Source: Gammaproteobacteria bacterium (GTDB taxonomy: Bacteria; Pseudomonadota; Gammaproteobacteria; JABDGN01). From it: DNA of 57,470 nucleotides. The position numbers and the translations under genes were made by a program. The notes under the pieces were generated by a model. That model did not search any database, was not told where the DNA came from, and worked only from the letters and a program-made list of their open reading frames with translations. Shown here piece after piece: positions 1 to 11,868 of the stretch (positions are counted from its first letter, which is position 1; each line of letters opens with the position of its first letter). The DNA lies in assembly GCA_034110705.1 (NCBI GenBank), contig JAWUYR010000028.1, forward strand, positions 1 to 57,470, in the 5' to 3' direction.

Positions 1-1
1 A

Positions 2-172
2 GATAGTTTTGGTGAAGATAGGGTAGTGTTTGCCAGCAATTGGCCTGTCTGTAACCTGAAGGGTAGTTTTGCCCGCTGGATGGAGGCTATGGAGCTGATT
101 CTGGCAAACCAAAGTACCGAGCTTAAAGATAAGCTCTTCTATCTGAATGCTCAGCATCATTACATTAAATAA
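2..172 (+). CDS. Amidohydrolase-family protein (L-fuconolactonase-like), 3' end only; runs off the window start
   Basis: Hand translation of frame 2: DSFGEDRVVFASNWPVCNL...KLFYLNAQHHYIK*. This matches the FGxDRxxFGSDWPV motif of Amidohydro_2 proteins. Confidence 0.75.
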   Translation, partial: DSFGEDRVVFASNWPVCNLKGSFARWMEAMELILANQSTELKDKLFYLNAQHHYIK

Positions 173-282
173 TAACTATTGATGTAATGATGCTGTGCTG
201 ACAATAAACAATGACAGGTCTTGATTATCTTCCCAAATCAAGCAAACAATGCCCGGGGTTTCCCTTCAAAGACCCAGTTTTT

Positions 283-495
283 TTATGCCTTATGACTATC
301 TTGCGAATGGCCGACTTTTAGTACAACTTGATAATAGGCCACCTTACCTTCTTCGATATGACCGCGTGTTTCCATCACCTCAAACCAACGAATCTTGCCA
401 TGCTTGCTATCAAGATGACTAATGGCATTACTAATCGCATCTTCGATAGAACTCACTGAGGTTCCAGCGACTTCAAAAATTTCATAACTACGCAT
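283..495 (-). CDS. Dodecin (flavin-binding protein)
   Basis: Contains GTSxxSIEDAIxNA...RWFEVxETRGHIEEGKVAYYQVVLKVG. The ATG at 495 is preceded by a GGAG RBS. Confidence 0.92.
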   Translation of the reverse strand: MRSYEIFEVAGTSVSSIEDAISNAISHLDSKHGKIRWFEVMETRGHIEEGKVAYYQVVLKVGHSQDSHKA

Positions 496-499
496 ATTA

Positions 500-1108
500 T
501 TACTCCTGTAAATCAAACCATTTATCTAAAACATCATAAACATCTTCACTGCCGGTACGCTTTAAGGCAGAAAATAATTGTACGCTAACTAAATCGGCAT
601 AAGGTTTCAGTTCCGCCAGTACAGCAAATAGCGTATTCTTTCCTGGCCCCCTTTTCAATTTGTCAGATTTATTGAGTAGCACATGTGTTGGTAAGCCACT
701 TCGATAGGCCCACTCAACCATCATCATGTCGAATGCTTTTAACGGATGGCGAATATCCATAATCAATATCACACCTTTTAAACATTCACGCTGCTGCAAA
801 TAACTATCTAAGGTATCCTGCCATTCCTTCTTCACTTTTTCCGAAACTTTAGCATAACCGTAACCGGGCAAATCCACCAAGCGACGCTGCTCGTCTAAAT
901 TGAATACATTAATTTGCTGAGTACGTCCCGGTGTTTTACTAGTGCGCGCCAAGCTCTTTTGCTGACACAACACATTCAACACACTAGACTTGCCGGCATT
1001 AGACCGTCCAGCAAAGGCTACTTCAAACCCATGGTCTGCCGGTAATTGCGACAGTTGAGCTGCGCCTAATAAAAATTCTGCTTCTTTGTAAAATGCTTTG
1101 TTATCCAT
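500..1108 (-). CDS. engB: Ribosome biogenesis GTP-binding protein YihA/YsxC (EngB)
   Basis: G motifs [25 protein letters not shown] and NKSDKL. Confidence 0.97.
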   Translation of the reverse strand: MDNKAFYKEAEFLLGAAQLSQLPADHGFEVAFAGRSNAGKSSVLNVLCQQKSLARTSKTPGRTQQINVFNLDEQRRLVDLPGYGYAKVSEKVKKEWQDTLDSYLQQRECLKGVILIMDIRHPLKAFDMMMVEWAYRSGLPTHVLLNKSDKLKRGPGKNTLFAVLAELKPYADLVSVQLFSALKRTGSEDVYDVLDKWFDLQE

Positions 1109-1261
1109 GCCACAGATTATACCTGTTTCTTTGTGTAACGGATATATTGATCTACTTAATTTAAATATGAGCGTCAGCCGCCATCAGGTTTCTCACTCGT
1201 TTACTATTGCCTGATTATCAGTATAATAACTCACCGATTGGAGCAATAGAGTGGTTTATCA

Positions 1262-2773
1262 ATGACAAATTCTAACCGTAATTTATTAATCTTAGGCTTA
1301 TGCCTTGCCGCCTTTATGGTTAACTTTAGCTTAGCCACTACCCATTTATTTACTCCTCATATCCAACGACAATTTCATGCCGCCACTTCACAAATGAACT
1401 GGCTCATGACCAGCTATGTGTTTAGCTTTATTCCAGCGCTGCTGGTTGCCGGCAGCTTGGCCGACCGATATGGAACACGATTATTTATTTTACTCGGCAT
1501 TATAATTTTTGCGATTGGCTGTATCGGCAATAGCCTTAGCCCAAATATTCTTTTCATGATTATTATGCATGGCATACAGGGCATTGGGGCAGGATTACTC
1601 TGGGCGGCACTTTTTGCTAGCCTGATGAATGTATTTACCGAACAAAAACAAAAACTAGCTATTGCTTGTTTGGTCTGCGTCACTTGGCTGGCCATTGTTT
1701 TGGGCTTTGTGGTCACGTTAAGTTTACACAAAACACAAAGCTGGCGCTGGTTAGCCGCACTTGATATTCTGGTAGCGATAGCCGCTTTTATTATCTGCTG
1801 GCTTCACTTACCAAAATCTACAGTTAAAAATAAAGCAGTGCTTGATTACCTAGGCATTGCTTTATTAATACTCGCTTCCGTTAGCTTAGTCTATTCCGTA
1901 CATATTATTACTATCATGGGTTTTGCTAACCTAACTACAGAAATTTGTTTATTTGTTTTTGTTATTATCTTAATGCTTTTTGTTTGGCGTGAATTTAGTT
2001 GTCAGCAGCCCATTTTGAATCTGCCTCTGTTAATAAACAGTCTATTTTTCGCCAGTTTATTTGTGCGGGCGATCACCATTTTTTCGTACATTGCTTTAAT
2101 ATTTATGCTTAATTTATTTTATCAACATATTCACCACCTCAGTGAGACTCAAGTCATTTTATTTTTCTTGCCTCTATTTATTTCAGTCACGTTATTTGCT
2201 TTTTTAACCGGACTATTATGCCGAGTTTTTTCTCCTATCACCATCATGCTCATCGGCATACTTATTATTATTCTTGGGTTTTGGTTAATCTCGAATCAAG
2301 AAAACTTTCCATTGCTCTACAGTAAGAACACTTGGCAAACACTGCTGGTAGGTGCTGGATTTGGGCTGGTTTTTAGTAGTAATGTTTTGATTGGTCTGCA
2401 AGCTTTGCCACAGAAAAACGCTGGTATGGCGGCTTCAATTTTTTACTTTTCTGGTAGTTTGCTCTGCTTATTGAGCACACCTATTTGCCATGACATTGCT
2501 AAAAGTGGTGCTATCAAATTAGTCTATGAAAACTTTCTCCGTCTTGGTGTTCCCGTTAGTCATTGGCAGCAAACTCAATTAGCCATCGCTAACTTTCACT
2601 TACGCTTAGAAAGTTATGTTAGCCAACATTACTCGTATCATGTAGTAAACCATTTTATCCCCCCACTAAACCATTTATATGCACATTCATTTGATAATGC
2701 CAGCACCTTAATTATTGTGTTATTGTTGATTGCCTTTACGTTTATGGCATTGGTTGCGGCAGGAAGGAAGTAG
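1262..2773 (+). CDS. MFS transporter, DHA2/EmrB-QacA-like (about 14 TM)
   Basis: Motif A GSLADRYGTR, QGIGAG, LDYLG; hydrophobic throughout. Confidence 0.85.
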   Translation: MTNSNRNLLILGLCLAAFMVNFSLATTHLFTPHIQRQFHAATSQMNWLMTSYVFSFIPALLVAGSLADRYGTRLFILLGIIIFAIGCIGNSLSPNILFMIIMHGIQGIGAGLLWAALFASLMNVFTEQKQKLAIACLVCVTWLAIVLGFVVTLSLHKTQSWRWLAALDILVAIAAFIICWLHLPKSTVKNKAVLDYLGIALLILASVSLVYSVHIITIMGFANLTTEICLFVFVIILMLFVWREFSCQQPILNLPLLINSLFFASLFVRAITIFSYIALIFMLNLFYQHIHHLSETQVILFFLPLFISVTLFAFLTGLLCRVFSPITIMLIGILIIILGFWLISNQENFPLLYSKNTWQTLLVGAGFGLVFSSNVLIGLQALPQKNAGMAASIFYFSGSLLCLLSTPICHDIAKSGAIKLVYENFLRLGVPVSHWQQTQLAIANFHLRLESYVSQHYSYHVVNHFIPPLNHLYAHSFDNASTLIIVLLLIAFTFMALVAAGRK

Positions 2774-2863
2774 TTTTAAACCACCTTCACGCTAACAATG
2801 CCATCAAAATTCATGCTATCATACCCCTTTATTTCACTCGTATTATTTACTATTGAGGACATC

Positions 2864-3493
2864 ATGAAAAAAGCAATTATCTTGATCATCAGTTTTGTTT
2901 TTATCATTGGCCTAGCCAATGCAGAATCTTTTGTCGCCGGCAAAGATTACACCGTTATTAATAAAAGTGCGCCTCAACAAAAACAGGTAAGCGTTACTGA
3001 GTTTTTCAATTATGGTTGCCCATGGTGTGACTTTATTGAAAAGTCAGTTGAAGGTTGGCAGAAAACAGTGCCCAGCTATGTTGACTTTAATCGTGTACCA
3101 TTGACCTTTGAACAAGGTTGGACAGCTTACGCTAGAGCGTATTATTTAGCCGTCGCTTTGGGTATTGAAAAAGATATCACACCAAAACTTTTCTTGGCCA
3201 TTCATGGCCCCAAAGATACGCGTGATAATGACTTAAGTTCACCACAGGCAATCACGGCCTTCTTTGTTAAACACGGCGCCAAGAAATCACAAGTTGAAAA
3301 AGCCTTTAATAGTGGCTCACCAAGCTTAGAGGCACAGGTGCAATATGGTTCGGTCTTAATGAAGCAATATAAAGTTTGGGCTATTCCTACTTTTGTTGTC
3401 GCAGAAAAATATAGTGTTAACTTAAGTCAAGCAAAAAAATCAGATCGTATGATTCAGATCTTAAATTACTTAATCAAAAAATCACATAAATAA
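2864..3493 (+). CDS. dsbA: Thiol:disulfide interchange protein DsbA
   Basis: Signal peptide MKKAII..ANA, EFFNYGCPWC active site, cis-Pro IPTFVV; GAGG RBS before the ATG at 2864. Confidence 0.9.
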   Translation: MKKAIILIISFVFIIGLANAESFVAGKDYTVINKSAPQQKQVSVTEFFNYGCPWCDFIEKSVEGWQKTVPSYVDFNRVPLTFEQGWTAYARAYYLAVALGIEKDITPKLFLAIHGPKDTRDNDLSSPQAITAFFVKHGAKKSQVEKAFNSGSPSLEAQVQYGSVLMKQYKVWAIPTFVVAEKYSVNLSQAKKSDRMIQILNYLIKKSHK

Positions 3494-3516
3494 TATTGTT
3501 ATGACAACAAACATAG

Positions 3517-5709
3517 ATGGGAGATGGTAGCGTGGATGACGTCTCCCACATTTTAAATGAACTCAATGACAAACAACGCGAAGCCGTTTCAGCTCCGGTT
3601 GGCCATCGATTAGTACTCGCCGGCGCAGGCAGTGGTAAAACGCGAGTTTTAACACATCGCATCGCTTGGTTAATTGAAGTTGAACACTCATCACCTTTTT
3701 CTATTTTAGCGGTAACCTTTACCAATAAAGCAGCAGCAGAAATGCGTGGCCGAATCGAAACCTTGCGCGGCATTCCTGCTGGCGGCATGTGGGTTGGTAC
3801 GTTTCACAGCATTGCGCATCGTTTATTACGCACCCATTACCAAGAAGCGGGCTTACCACAAACTTTCCAGATCATTGACAGCAACGATCAATACCGCATG
3901 GTACGTCGCGTACTAAAAGAGCTTGGCTTAGATGAGAACCAATGGCCAGCGAAGCAATCGCAATGGTTTATTAATAATAAAAAAGATGAAGGCTTACGCC
4001 CGAATCATATTCAAACCCATGATGATGTCTTCACCAAAACCATGGTCAAAGTTTACGAAGCCTACGAGCATGCTTGCGCGCGCGCAGGGCTGGTTGATTT
4101 TGCAGAGTTATTATTACGCTCTCACGAATTGTGGTTAAACAACCCAGAATTATTACAACACTACCAAAGTCGCTTTCAGCATGTTTTGGTTGATGAGTTC
4201 CAAGATACCAACACTTTACAATACGCATGGCTACGAATGTTAGCCGGTGATAAAGCCCATATCATGTTTGTCGGTGATGATGACCAATCTATCTATGGTT
4301 GGCGCGGTGCAAAAATTGAAAATATTTTACGCTTTAGTAGTGATTATCCAGACGGTGCGACAACACGCTTAGAGCAGAACTATCGCTCTACTAGCAATAT
4401 TTTGAATGCAGCAAATGCCTTAATCAGTCACAATGGTGAACGCTTAGGCAAAGATCTATGGACCAACAAAAAAAATGGCGACTTAATTTCGCTGTATGCC
4501 GCATTCAATGAAATCGATGAGGCTCGTTTTATTGTTGGTCGTATCCAAGACTGGTTTAATAATGGTAATCGTTATAGTGAAGCTGCTATCTTATATCGCT
4601 CCAATGCACAATCGCGCGTATTGGAAGAAGCACTACTGCAAAAAAGCATTCCGTATCGTGTTTATGGCGGGCAACGATTTTTTGACAGAGCAGAAATTAA
4701 AGATGCTTTAGCTTACCTGCGCTTATTATCTAATCGTTCTGATGATGCCGCTTTCGAGCGCATCGTGAACACCCCCACTCGTGGTATCGGTGATAAAACC
4801 ATACAAACCATGCGTGAGACAGCACGCGCGCAAGACATTTCCTTATGGCAAGCAGCTATGCATGTAACAAACCAAGCTTTGTTACCCGCACGAGCAACAA
4901 ATGCCGTTAAAAACTTTTTGCTATTAATTGATGATATGTCGACGGATACTAAATCAATAGAATTGTATGAACAAACAGAACACGTTATCCAAACCAGTGG
5001 CTTATATGCCCATCATAAAAAAGACAGTGGCGAAAAAGCGCAAATGCGCATTGAAAATTTAGCCGAGCTAGTAACAGCAACGCGACAATTTGATCCAAAC
5101 TTACACGAAGAAATCGAGAATCTTACACCATTACAAGCTTTTTTATCACATGCAGCACTTGAGGCAGGTGAATCACAAGCAGGGCCAGCACAAGATTGCG
5201 TACAAATGATGACGCTACATTCTGCAAAAGGCTTAGAATTCCCACTAGTCTTTATTACTGGCGTAGAAGAAGGTTTATTCCCGCATGAGCGCTCACTTGA
5301 TGAACCAGGTCGCTTAGAAGAAGAACGACGCTTGTGCTATGTAGGTATTACTCGCGCCATGCAGAAATTATACTTAACGTATACGGAAACACGACGATTA
5401 TATGGTCGCGAGGTATACCATAAGCCATCGCGCTTTCTCAGTGAGCTACCAAAAGATGTCTTAGAAGAAGTCCGCTTGCAAGCAAAAGTATCTAACCCCG
5501 TTTATGTACGACAAAATCGTAACGCCAGTAGCTTTGCTGACAATGCTCAACCCTACAAACTCGGCTCTGTCGTCAGTCATGCTAAATTTGGCTCAGGAGT
5601 TGTGTTAAATTATGAAGGTCAAGGTGGTCATTCACGTATTCAAGTGAACTTTAATGATACGGGGACAAAATGGTTGATGTTGTCACACGCAAAGTTACAT
5701 AAGGGATAA
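3517..5709 (+). CDS. uvrD: DNA helicase II UvrD (start may be GTG at 3532)
   Basis: AGAGSGKT, VDEFQDTN, LEQNYRST, HSAKGLEF, EEERRLCYVGITRA. Confidence 0.97.
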   Translation: MGDGSVDDVSHILNELNDKQREAVSAPVGHRLVLAGAGSGKTRVLTHRIAWLIEVEHSSPFSILAVTFTNKAAAEMRGRIETLRGIPAGGMWVGTFHSIAHRLLRTHYQEAGLPQTFQIIDSNDQYRMVRRVLKELGLDENQWPAKQSQWFINNKKDEGLRPNHIQTHDDVFTKTMVKVYEAYEHACARAGLVDFAELLLRSHELWLNNPELLQHYQSRFQHVLVDEFQDTNTLQYAWLRMLAGDKAHIMFVGDDDQSIYGWRGAKIENILRFSSDYPDGATTRLEQNYRSTSNILNAANALISHNGERLGKDLWTNKKNGDLISLYAAFNEIDEARFIVGRIQDWFNNGNRYSEAAILYRSNAQSRVLEEALLQKSIPYRVYGGQRFFDRAEIKDALAYLRLLSNRSDDAAFERIVNTPTRGIGDKTIQTMRETARAQDISLWQAAMHVTNQALLPARATNAVKNFLLLIDDMSTDTKSIELYEQTEHVIQTSGLYAHHKKDSGEKAQMRIENLAELVTATRQFDPNLHEEIENLTPLQAFLSHAALEAGESQAGPAQDCVQMMTLHSAKGLEFPLVFITGVEEGLFPHERSLDEPGRLEEERRLCYVGITRAMQKLYLTYTETRRLYGREVYHKPSRFLSELPKDVLEEVRLQAKVSNPVYVRQNRNASSFADNAQPYKLGSVVSHAKFGSGVVLNYEGQGGHSRIQVNFNDTGTKWLMLSHAKLHKG

Positions 5710-5803
5710 TAAAGAGTACGCTAAAAAAATGCTACTTAAGCCCCTTCCCCCGGTAAGGAGAAAGGCTGGGATGAAGTATTAACTCCCTACGAAGTAAGCA
5801 TTC

Positions 5804-6547
5804 TTAGCCTGTTTGGCGTACCTTGAAATCATTCAACAGCACTAACGCTAAAGCAGCAAACCAAGGCATAAAGACTGTGCCAATAATCAAGTTTACAATA
5901 TCCAACAAATAAGCGTTCATTAATGGGTGTACAAAGTGCGTCAGCAAATTAGGAAGACCTACCACAATCACAGCGACAAGCGCATACCCAATGCCATAGC
6001 AGATCATGGCAAATGATAAGACCCAAAAAGTACGCCACCAATTACCCCACGTTAAGCGGACGCTCTCGCCGAAACCCTCTAGCGGGCCTTTACGATCGAT
6101 AATAACAATGGGTAAATAAACAAATAATGCCACGAAAAAGAATATCCCCGGGATAAGGAAAACCATACAACCAACACCGACGACCAAATAAGCTAATACA
6201 ATAGAACCTAACACCGGCCAAAAAAGTTTTAAGCTGGCACGCAAAGCTTCATTACGAGAAAGAGCTAGCTGCCCATGTAGATTTTTAACCACAATACTAA
6301 CCATGGCGCTATAGGCACTGATGCCAGTAATAACAGCCACAACAAACATGACCACAGAAATAATACTAATCAAAATAGCAACTCCGGTCGACATAGCAGG
6401 AATATGCCAGACTAAACCGCCAAGTAAAGCCATAAGACTGACCACAAAGGCAAGTAATAAGACTTTTTTATAAGTGCAACAACACAGCTTGAGACTATGG
6501 CTAATAATATCGCTAATCGATAGAGGTTGCTTTGATGCTTGGGACAT
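5804..6547 (-). CDS. Integral membrane protein (YciC/UPF0259-like)
   Basis: About 6 TM segments; 'LIPGIF' and 'SVRLTWGNWWRTF' motifs. Confidence 0.6.
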   Translation of the reverse strand: MSQASKQPLSISDIISHSLKLCCCTYKKVLLLAFVVSLMALLGGLVWHIPAMSTGVAILISIISVVMFVVAVITGISAYSAMVSIVVKNLHGQLALSRNEALRASLKLFWPVLGSIVLAYLVVGVGCMVFLIPGIFFFVALFVYLPIVIIDRKGPLEGFGESVRLTWGNWWRTFWVLSFAMICYGIGYALVAVIVVGLPNLLTHFVHPLMNAYLLDIVNLIIGTVFMPWFAALALVLLNDFKVRQTG

Positions 6548-6637
6548 GGCGTAATCTCCTATTAAAACGCTATGGTAAATAGTATACCTGAAAATCTGCT
6601 ACACTCTACCCCCTGTTTTAGCTATTAAAATTCGACT

Positions 6638-9600
6638 ATGCCAACGGTTACAAATCGCGAAATCCCCTATAACTACAATTCATGCACCGATCAAGACATC
6701 GTTATTCGCTTGCTCGATAACAAAGCTTGGGACATCATTAGTGAATTACGCCTACAGCGTAAAATCGGCTATTCAGCACGCATGCTCTTTGAAGTACTTG
6801 GTGATCTCTGGGTCGTATATCGCAACCCCTATATTCAAGATGACTTAATCAGCAACCGACGCCGACGCCATGCACTGCAACAAGCCTTATTGCATCGTTT
6901 AGATATGATAGCCAGTCGCGCTGATACCAATACAAAGGTATTAACATTATTAACGATAGCGCGTTCTGCGGTTGAAAAATTTAATCTGCACCTCATCGAA
7001 CAAAACAAAATGCGCCGCAAAGCCTATAAAACGCTAGGCAAAGTATTGCGCAAAGATAATATCTGCTTTGATGGTTTATCACGCGTTGCCCATGCGACCG
7101 ATGCTACTGACTGGCGAGTCGAGTATCCTTTTGTCGTATTAAAGCCCGACAGTGAAACACAAATCGCACCTCTAGTTAAAGCCTGTATTACACTGGGCTT
7201 GACCATTATTCCCCGCGGTGGCGGCACAGGTTATACCGGTGGCGCTATTCCACTAACCCCACATAGCGCCGTTATTAACTTAGAAAAACTAGAACAGCTC
7301 AGTGCAATAGAGCCTATGACCTTACCCGGTACCGATATTGTAATGGCCACGGTTAACGCTGAATGTGGCGTAGTGACCCGCCGCCTAGGCGACTTGGCAA
7401 AAACTCAAGATTTAGTTTTCGCCGTCGACCCCACGTCTCAAGATGCCAGCACGATTGGTGGTAATGTGGCGATGAATGCCGGCGGGGGAAAAGCCGTACT
7501 ATGGGGCACCACTCTAGATAACTTAGTCTCTTGGCGCATGGTCACCCCACGTGGTACTTGGCAAGAAATCGTGCGACAAAATCATAATGTCAGCAAAATA
7601 CATTTACAAGACAACACCACCTTCAGTATTACCGAATATGCAGCTGATGGTAAAACACCACTAGCTGACCCTACACTATTAACGATTCCAGGTGCGAGCC
7701 TACGCAAAGAAGGCTTAGGTAAGGACGTTACCGACAAATTCTTGTCCGGTTTACCTGGCGTACAAAAAGAAGGTTGTGATGGCTTAATCACCTCTGCGCG
7801 ATTTATCTTACACAAACCACCACAACATATTCGCACTGTCTGCATGGAATTCTTTGGTGATAATTTACAAAAAGCCGTGCCAGCAATTGTCGAGATCAAA
7901 AACTACCTGGATGCCCTACCTGAAGTTTTGCTCTCAGGTCTAGAGCATCTCGACGAACGTTATATCAAAGCCGTTAAATACACCACCAAAGTGACTCGAG
8001 CCGAACGGCCAAAAATGATTTTATTGGCCGACATAGTAAGTGACAATGAAAATGCCTTAAATGCAGCAGCGGCAGAAATGGTACGTTTGACTAATTTGCG
8101 TAATGGCGAAGGCTTTACTGCCAGTAGCTCCGCCGCACGTGCAATATTTTGGTTAGATCGTACTCGTACCGCCGCGATTGCCACTCATACTAACGCATTT
8201 AAAATTAATGAAGATGTTGTTATTCCGCTGCCTCGTTTGGGCGAATATAATAACAGTATTGAACGTATCAATATCGAATATTCATTAGGCAACAAATTGG
8301 CCATGTTGGCGACACAACTAACTTTTTTACAGGCGCTGGCCGACAAACATAGCGAACAACCGCTTCTGTTAGAAAAAATTAATGCCGCATATTCCATTGT
8401 TATTCAAACTCAAAAACAATGGCAAATTATCGCTAATGATTTAGACACTTATTTTATCGAACTGCAGTCTCGCACATTACGCATCTCCTACAAAACCACC
8501 ATCAGCAAACCATTACTCACTATTTTTGCAGGGGAAGAGCATAGTGGTATACGCGACAGCCTAAACTAAAATCACAAGACCATTTTACAAAGCCGTTTAT
8601 TTGTTGCCTTACACATGCATGCTGGTGACGGTAATGTGCACACCAATATTCCAGTTAATTCTAATGATGCAAATATGCTCGCCGAAGCCGAAAAAATTGT
8701 AGCCCGCGTGATGCACTTAGCGAAATCACTCGATGGTGTCATCTCCGGTGAGCATGGCATTGGTATTACCAAAATTCCTTTTTTAGAACCAGAAACACTT
8801 GCCGCGTTTAAACAATATAAACAGCAAGTCGACCCACATGGACACTTTAACAAAGACAAGTTAACCAGCAACATAGGGATGGAAAGAGCTTATACCCCAT
8901 CACTGCGTCTACTACAGCAAGAAGCGTTATTATTAGAAGCTAGTGAGCTTGGCGCATTGAATGAAGCGACAAAAAATTGTTTACGCTGTGGTAAGTGCAA
9001 ACCCGTTTGTATGACACACATTCCTCGGGCCAATATGTATTACTCACCGCGCGACAAAATTCTAGGTACCGGCGCCTTAATTGAAGCTTTTTTATATGAA
9101 GAACAAACCAGACGTGGTATTTCATTACACCACTTTTAACAATTTAATGACATCGCCGACCATTGCACTACGTGTCATAAATGCCTAAACCCTTGTCCTG
9201 TAAACATCGACTTTGGCGATGTCTCAATTAAAATGCGAAACATTTTACGTCAACGTGGACAAAAGAAATTTAGTATCGGTACCAAGCTTGCCCTCTTCTT
9301 TTTAAACACCACTAACCCACTCTCGATTAAAATTCTACGCAACACGTTAATTAAGCTCGGCTTTCATGGCCAACGCTTTTTAAATAAAGCCTATGTAATC
9401 ACAAGCAAAACTAAAAAAGAAAGTTTGCCCGCCAGCAGTACCGGTAAAACACCGATTAAAGAACAAGTGATTTATTTTATTAAACGGCCCATGCCAAAAA
9501 AAGTCCCCTCAAAAACTGCCAGAGCTTTGCTCGGTGTTGAAGATAATAAAACTATTTCGATTATTCGCGACCCGAAAAAAGTTGACCATAACACTGAGTC

Positions 9601-10398
9601 TGTATTCTACTTTCCTGGTTGTGGCTCAGAGCGTTTATTCAGCCAAGTTGGATTAGCGACATTCGCCATGCTGTATTATGCTGGCGTAAAAACCGTATTA
9701 CCGCCAGGCTATTTGTGTTGTGGTTATCCACAAACAGCGGCAGGTGACGCTAAAACCGGTGAGCAAATGAGCATTAATAACCGAGTCCTATTTCACCGCA
9801 TGGCCAATAGTCTTAATTATTTAGACATTAAAACCATTGTCGTTTCCTGCGGCACATGCCTAGATCAATTAGAAAAATATAAATTAGATGAAATCTTCCC
9901 CGGCGCAAGGTTGATGGATATCCATGAGTTTCTAATGGAAAAAGAAGTTCATATTCATAGTGACGAAAAATATTTATACCATGACCCATGCCACAGCCCA
10001 ATGAAGGTGCATGCTCCCAAGGAAGTAGCGAGCCGTTTACTCGGACAAGATATCACAGAGTCAAAATTCTGCTGCGGCGACGCTGGAACTCTCTCCACCT
10101 CGCGCCCCGATATAGCTAATCAGTTAAAGTTCCGAAAAGAAGACGAAATCAAGAAGAATATTGAGGCTCTAACCGGAAGAATATTGAGGCTCTAACCGAA
10201 GGTGATAAAAACAAACAAGTCACCATGCTAACGTCGTGCCCCGCATGCTTGAAAGGCTTAGCCAGTTATGAAAAATCAACCGGGATTAAATCTGATTATA
10301 TTGTTGTACAATTAGCCAAAAAGTTACTAGGTCAACAATGGCAAGAAGAATTTGTTCAACAGGTCAATCATGGCGGCATTGAGAAAATCCTACTGTAA
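6638..10398 (+). pseudogene. Large FAD-linked/Fe-S oxidoreductase (GlcD/GlcF-like fusion, DUF3683/DUF3400 type), disrupted
   Basis: ORFs 6638-8569, 8615-9139 and 9233-10195 are in one frame, split by TAA at 8567 and 9137. Motifs PRGGGTG, HAGDGNVH, ISGEHGIG, CLRCGKCKPVC and CCG. A 23-bp duplication at 10153-10198 shifts the frame; the true C-terminus (TSCPAC...GGIEKILL*) ends at 10398. Confidence 0.88.
10153..10198 (+). repeat. Perfect 23-bp tandem duplication (GAAGAATATTGAGGCTCTAACCG)x2
   Basis: Read directly from the sequence; it causes the frameshift. Confidence 0.95.
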
Positions 10399-10641
10399 GC
10401 CTAAATCCTTCGATTCAAAGAATACTTAATGATTATTATCTAAAAACTGGTCTCATTTAGAAATTCATGATAACGTATGTCTATAAAGAAATGAAGGAAA
10501 GGGATTTTTTATTAACATAAATGACAGCTTTTAAGGACTGTACTCTTATACAATTAATAAGTTTTATCTGAATGACCATTCTTTAGGCCACTTATGTTAT
10601 ATATTAATATCCATTTTAGTCTTTTAATCTATGGTGAAAGT

Positions 10642-11868
10642 ATGAAACAAGAGCACATTAAAAATATTCAAAAAAAGATCGTTTTATTACAATGGTTAAA
10701 AAAGCACAAGTATTTACATATGATGCAACGTGTTTTTAAAGGCATTCAAACCAACATAGCCACAACTAAATTTAGCTTCAGCTCCGAGCATAAAAACAAT
10801 CAATACCAAAGCTTAATTCATCTCTCGTCTTACAACTATGCTGGTTTAAGTGGCCATCCTAAAATTATTGCTAGCGCCAAAGATGCTTTAGACAACTACG
10901 GAACAAGTACTAGCGGTGTGCGTTTACTTAATGGCACTTACGATTTACATTTAATGTTAGAACAAAAACTTGCTAACTTTCTTGACACTGAAGCCGTCGT
11001 TACTTATAGCAGTGGTTATGTTGCAAACATCTCAGTTTTATCTACGCTTTGCGATGAGGGTGATGTTGTTTTTTCTGATCAGTTCAATCACCAATCCATT
11101 ATTGATGGCTTGCGTTTATCCAGGGCAAAAGTTATTACTTTTCCGCATCTTGATTATGAAAAATTAGAAGCTCTGCTTGCTGAATATTCCTCAAAACACC
11201 AAACCTTTATCGTCAGTGATGGTGTTTTTAGCATGGACGGTGATATTGCTGACTTGCCAAAAATTGTTGCTCTAAGCAAAAAATATGATTCCATTACCAT
11301 TATTGATGATGCACACGGCACCGCAGCTCTCGGTCCACAAGGACAAGGTAGCAAGCATCATTTTTCCATCAAGGAAGGTATTGATGTTATCACCGGAAGC
11401 CTAAGCAAAGGATTGCCTGGTATTGGAGGCTTTGCAGCCTGTAGTGAAACAATTGCCGATTCACTCCGCTTTGGCTCTGGTGGGTATATTTTTTCCGCCT
11501 CTCTTACACCTGCCACCGTTGCGGGACTAATTATGGCAATTGATATTTTAGAAAATGAACCAGAACGTCAGATAAAATTACAAGAAAACACTAAAATGCT
11601 CAAACAAGGCTTACAATCAATCGGGTTGAATACAATGCAGAGCACAACCGCTGTTATTCCAATTTTAATGCCCTCAAGAGAAAAAGCATGGCAACTTTCT
11701 GAGTGGCTTCATGAGCATGGAGTTTTTATAAACGCAATTTCTTTTCCGGCTGTCCCACTTGATTCTCCGAGACTAAGATTAAATGCAAGTACTGCTTTTG
11801 AAAAAGAAGATATTGCACAAGCATTGAATTTAATCGAAGAAGCAGCAAAGCATTTTCAATTAATTTAA
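10642..11868 (+). CDS. PLP-dependent alpha-oxoamine synthase (class II aminotransferase; AONS/SPT/KBL/CqsA family), candidate autoinducer synthase
   Basis: SYNYAGL, GVRLLNG, SGYVAN, NHQSIIDG, DGVFSMDGD, DDAH, GSLSKG (PLP Lys), FSASL, RLR. It converges on a CqsS/LqsS-like kinase. Confidence 0.85.
   Translation: MKQEHIKNIQKKIVLLQWLKKHKYLHMMQRVFKGIQTNIATTKFSFSSEHKNNQYQSLIHLSSYNYAGLSGHPKIIASAKDALDNYGTSTSGVRLLNGTYDLHLMLEQKLANFLDTEAVVTYSSGYVANISVLSTLCDEGDVVFSDQFNHQSIIDGLRLSRAKVITFPHLDYEKLEALLAEYSSKHQTFIVSDGVFSMDGDIADLPKIVALSKKYDSITIIDDAHGTAALGPQGQGSKHHFSIKEGIDVITGSLSKGLPGIGGFAACSETIADSLRFGSGGYIFSASLTPATVAGLIMAIDILENEPERQIKLQENTKMLKQGLQSIGLNTMQSTTAVIPILMPSREKAWQLSEWLHEHGVFINAISFPAVPLDSPRLRLNASTAFEKEDIAQALNLIEEAAKHFQLI

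Noticed and set aside
5739-5775. GC-rich imperfect hairpin between convergent uvrD and the membrane protein gene (REP-like element or terminator)
   Set aside because: Single degenerate copy with poor pairing and no clear U-tract; cannot be assigned.
10642-11868. Calling the PLP enzyme bioF, cqsA or lqsA outright
   Set aside because: There is no biotin operon context and the motifs differ from CqsA/LqsA, so only the family can be supported.
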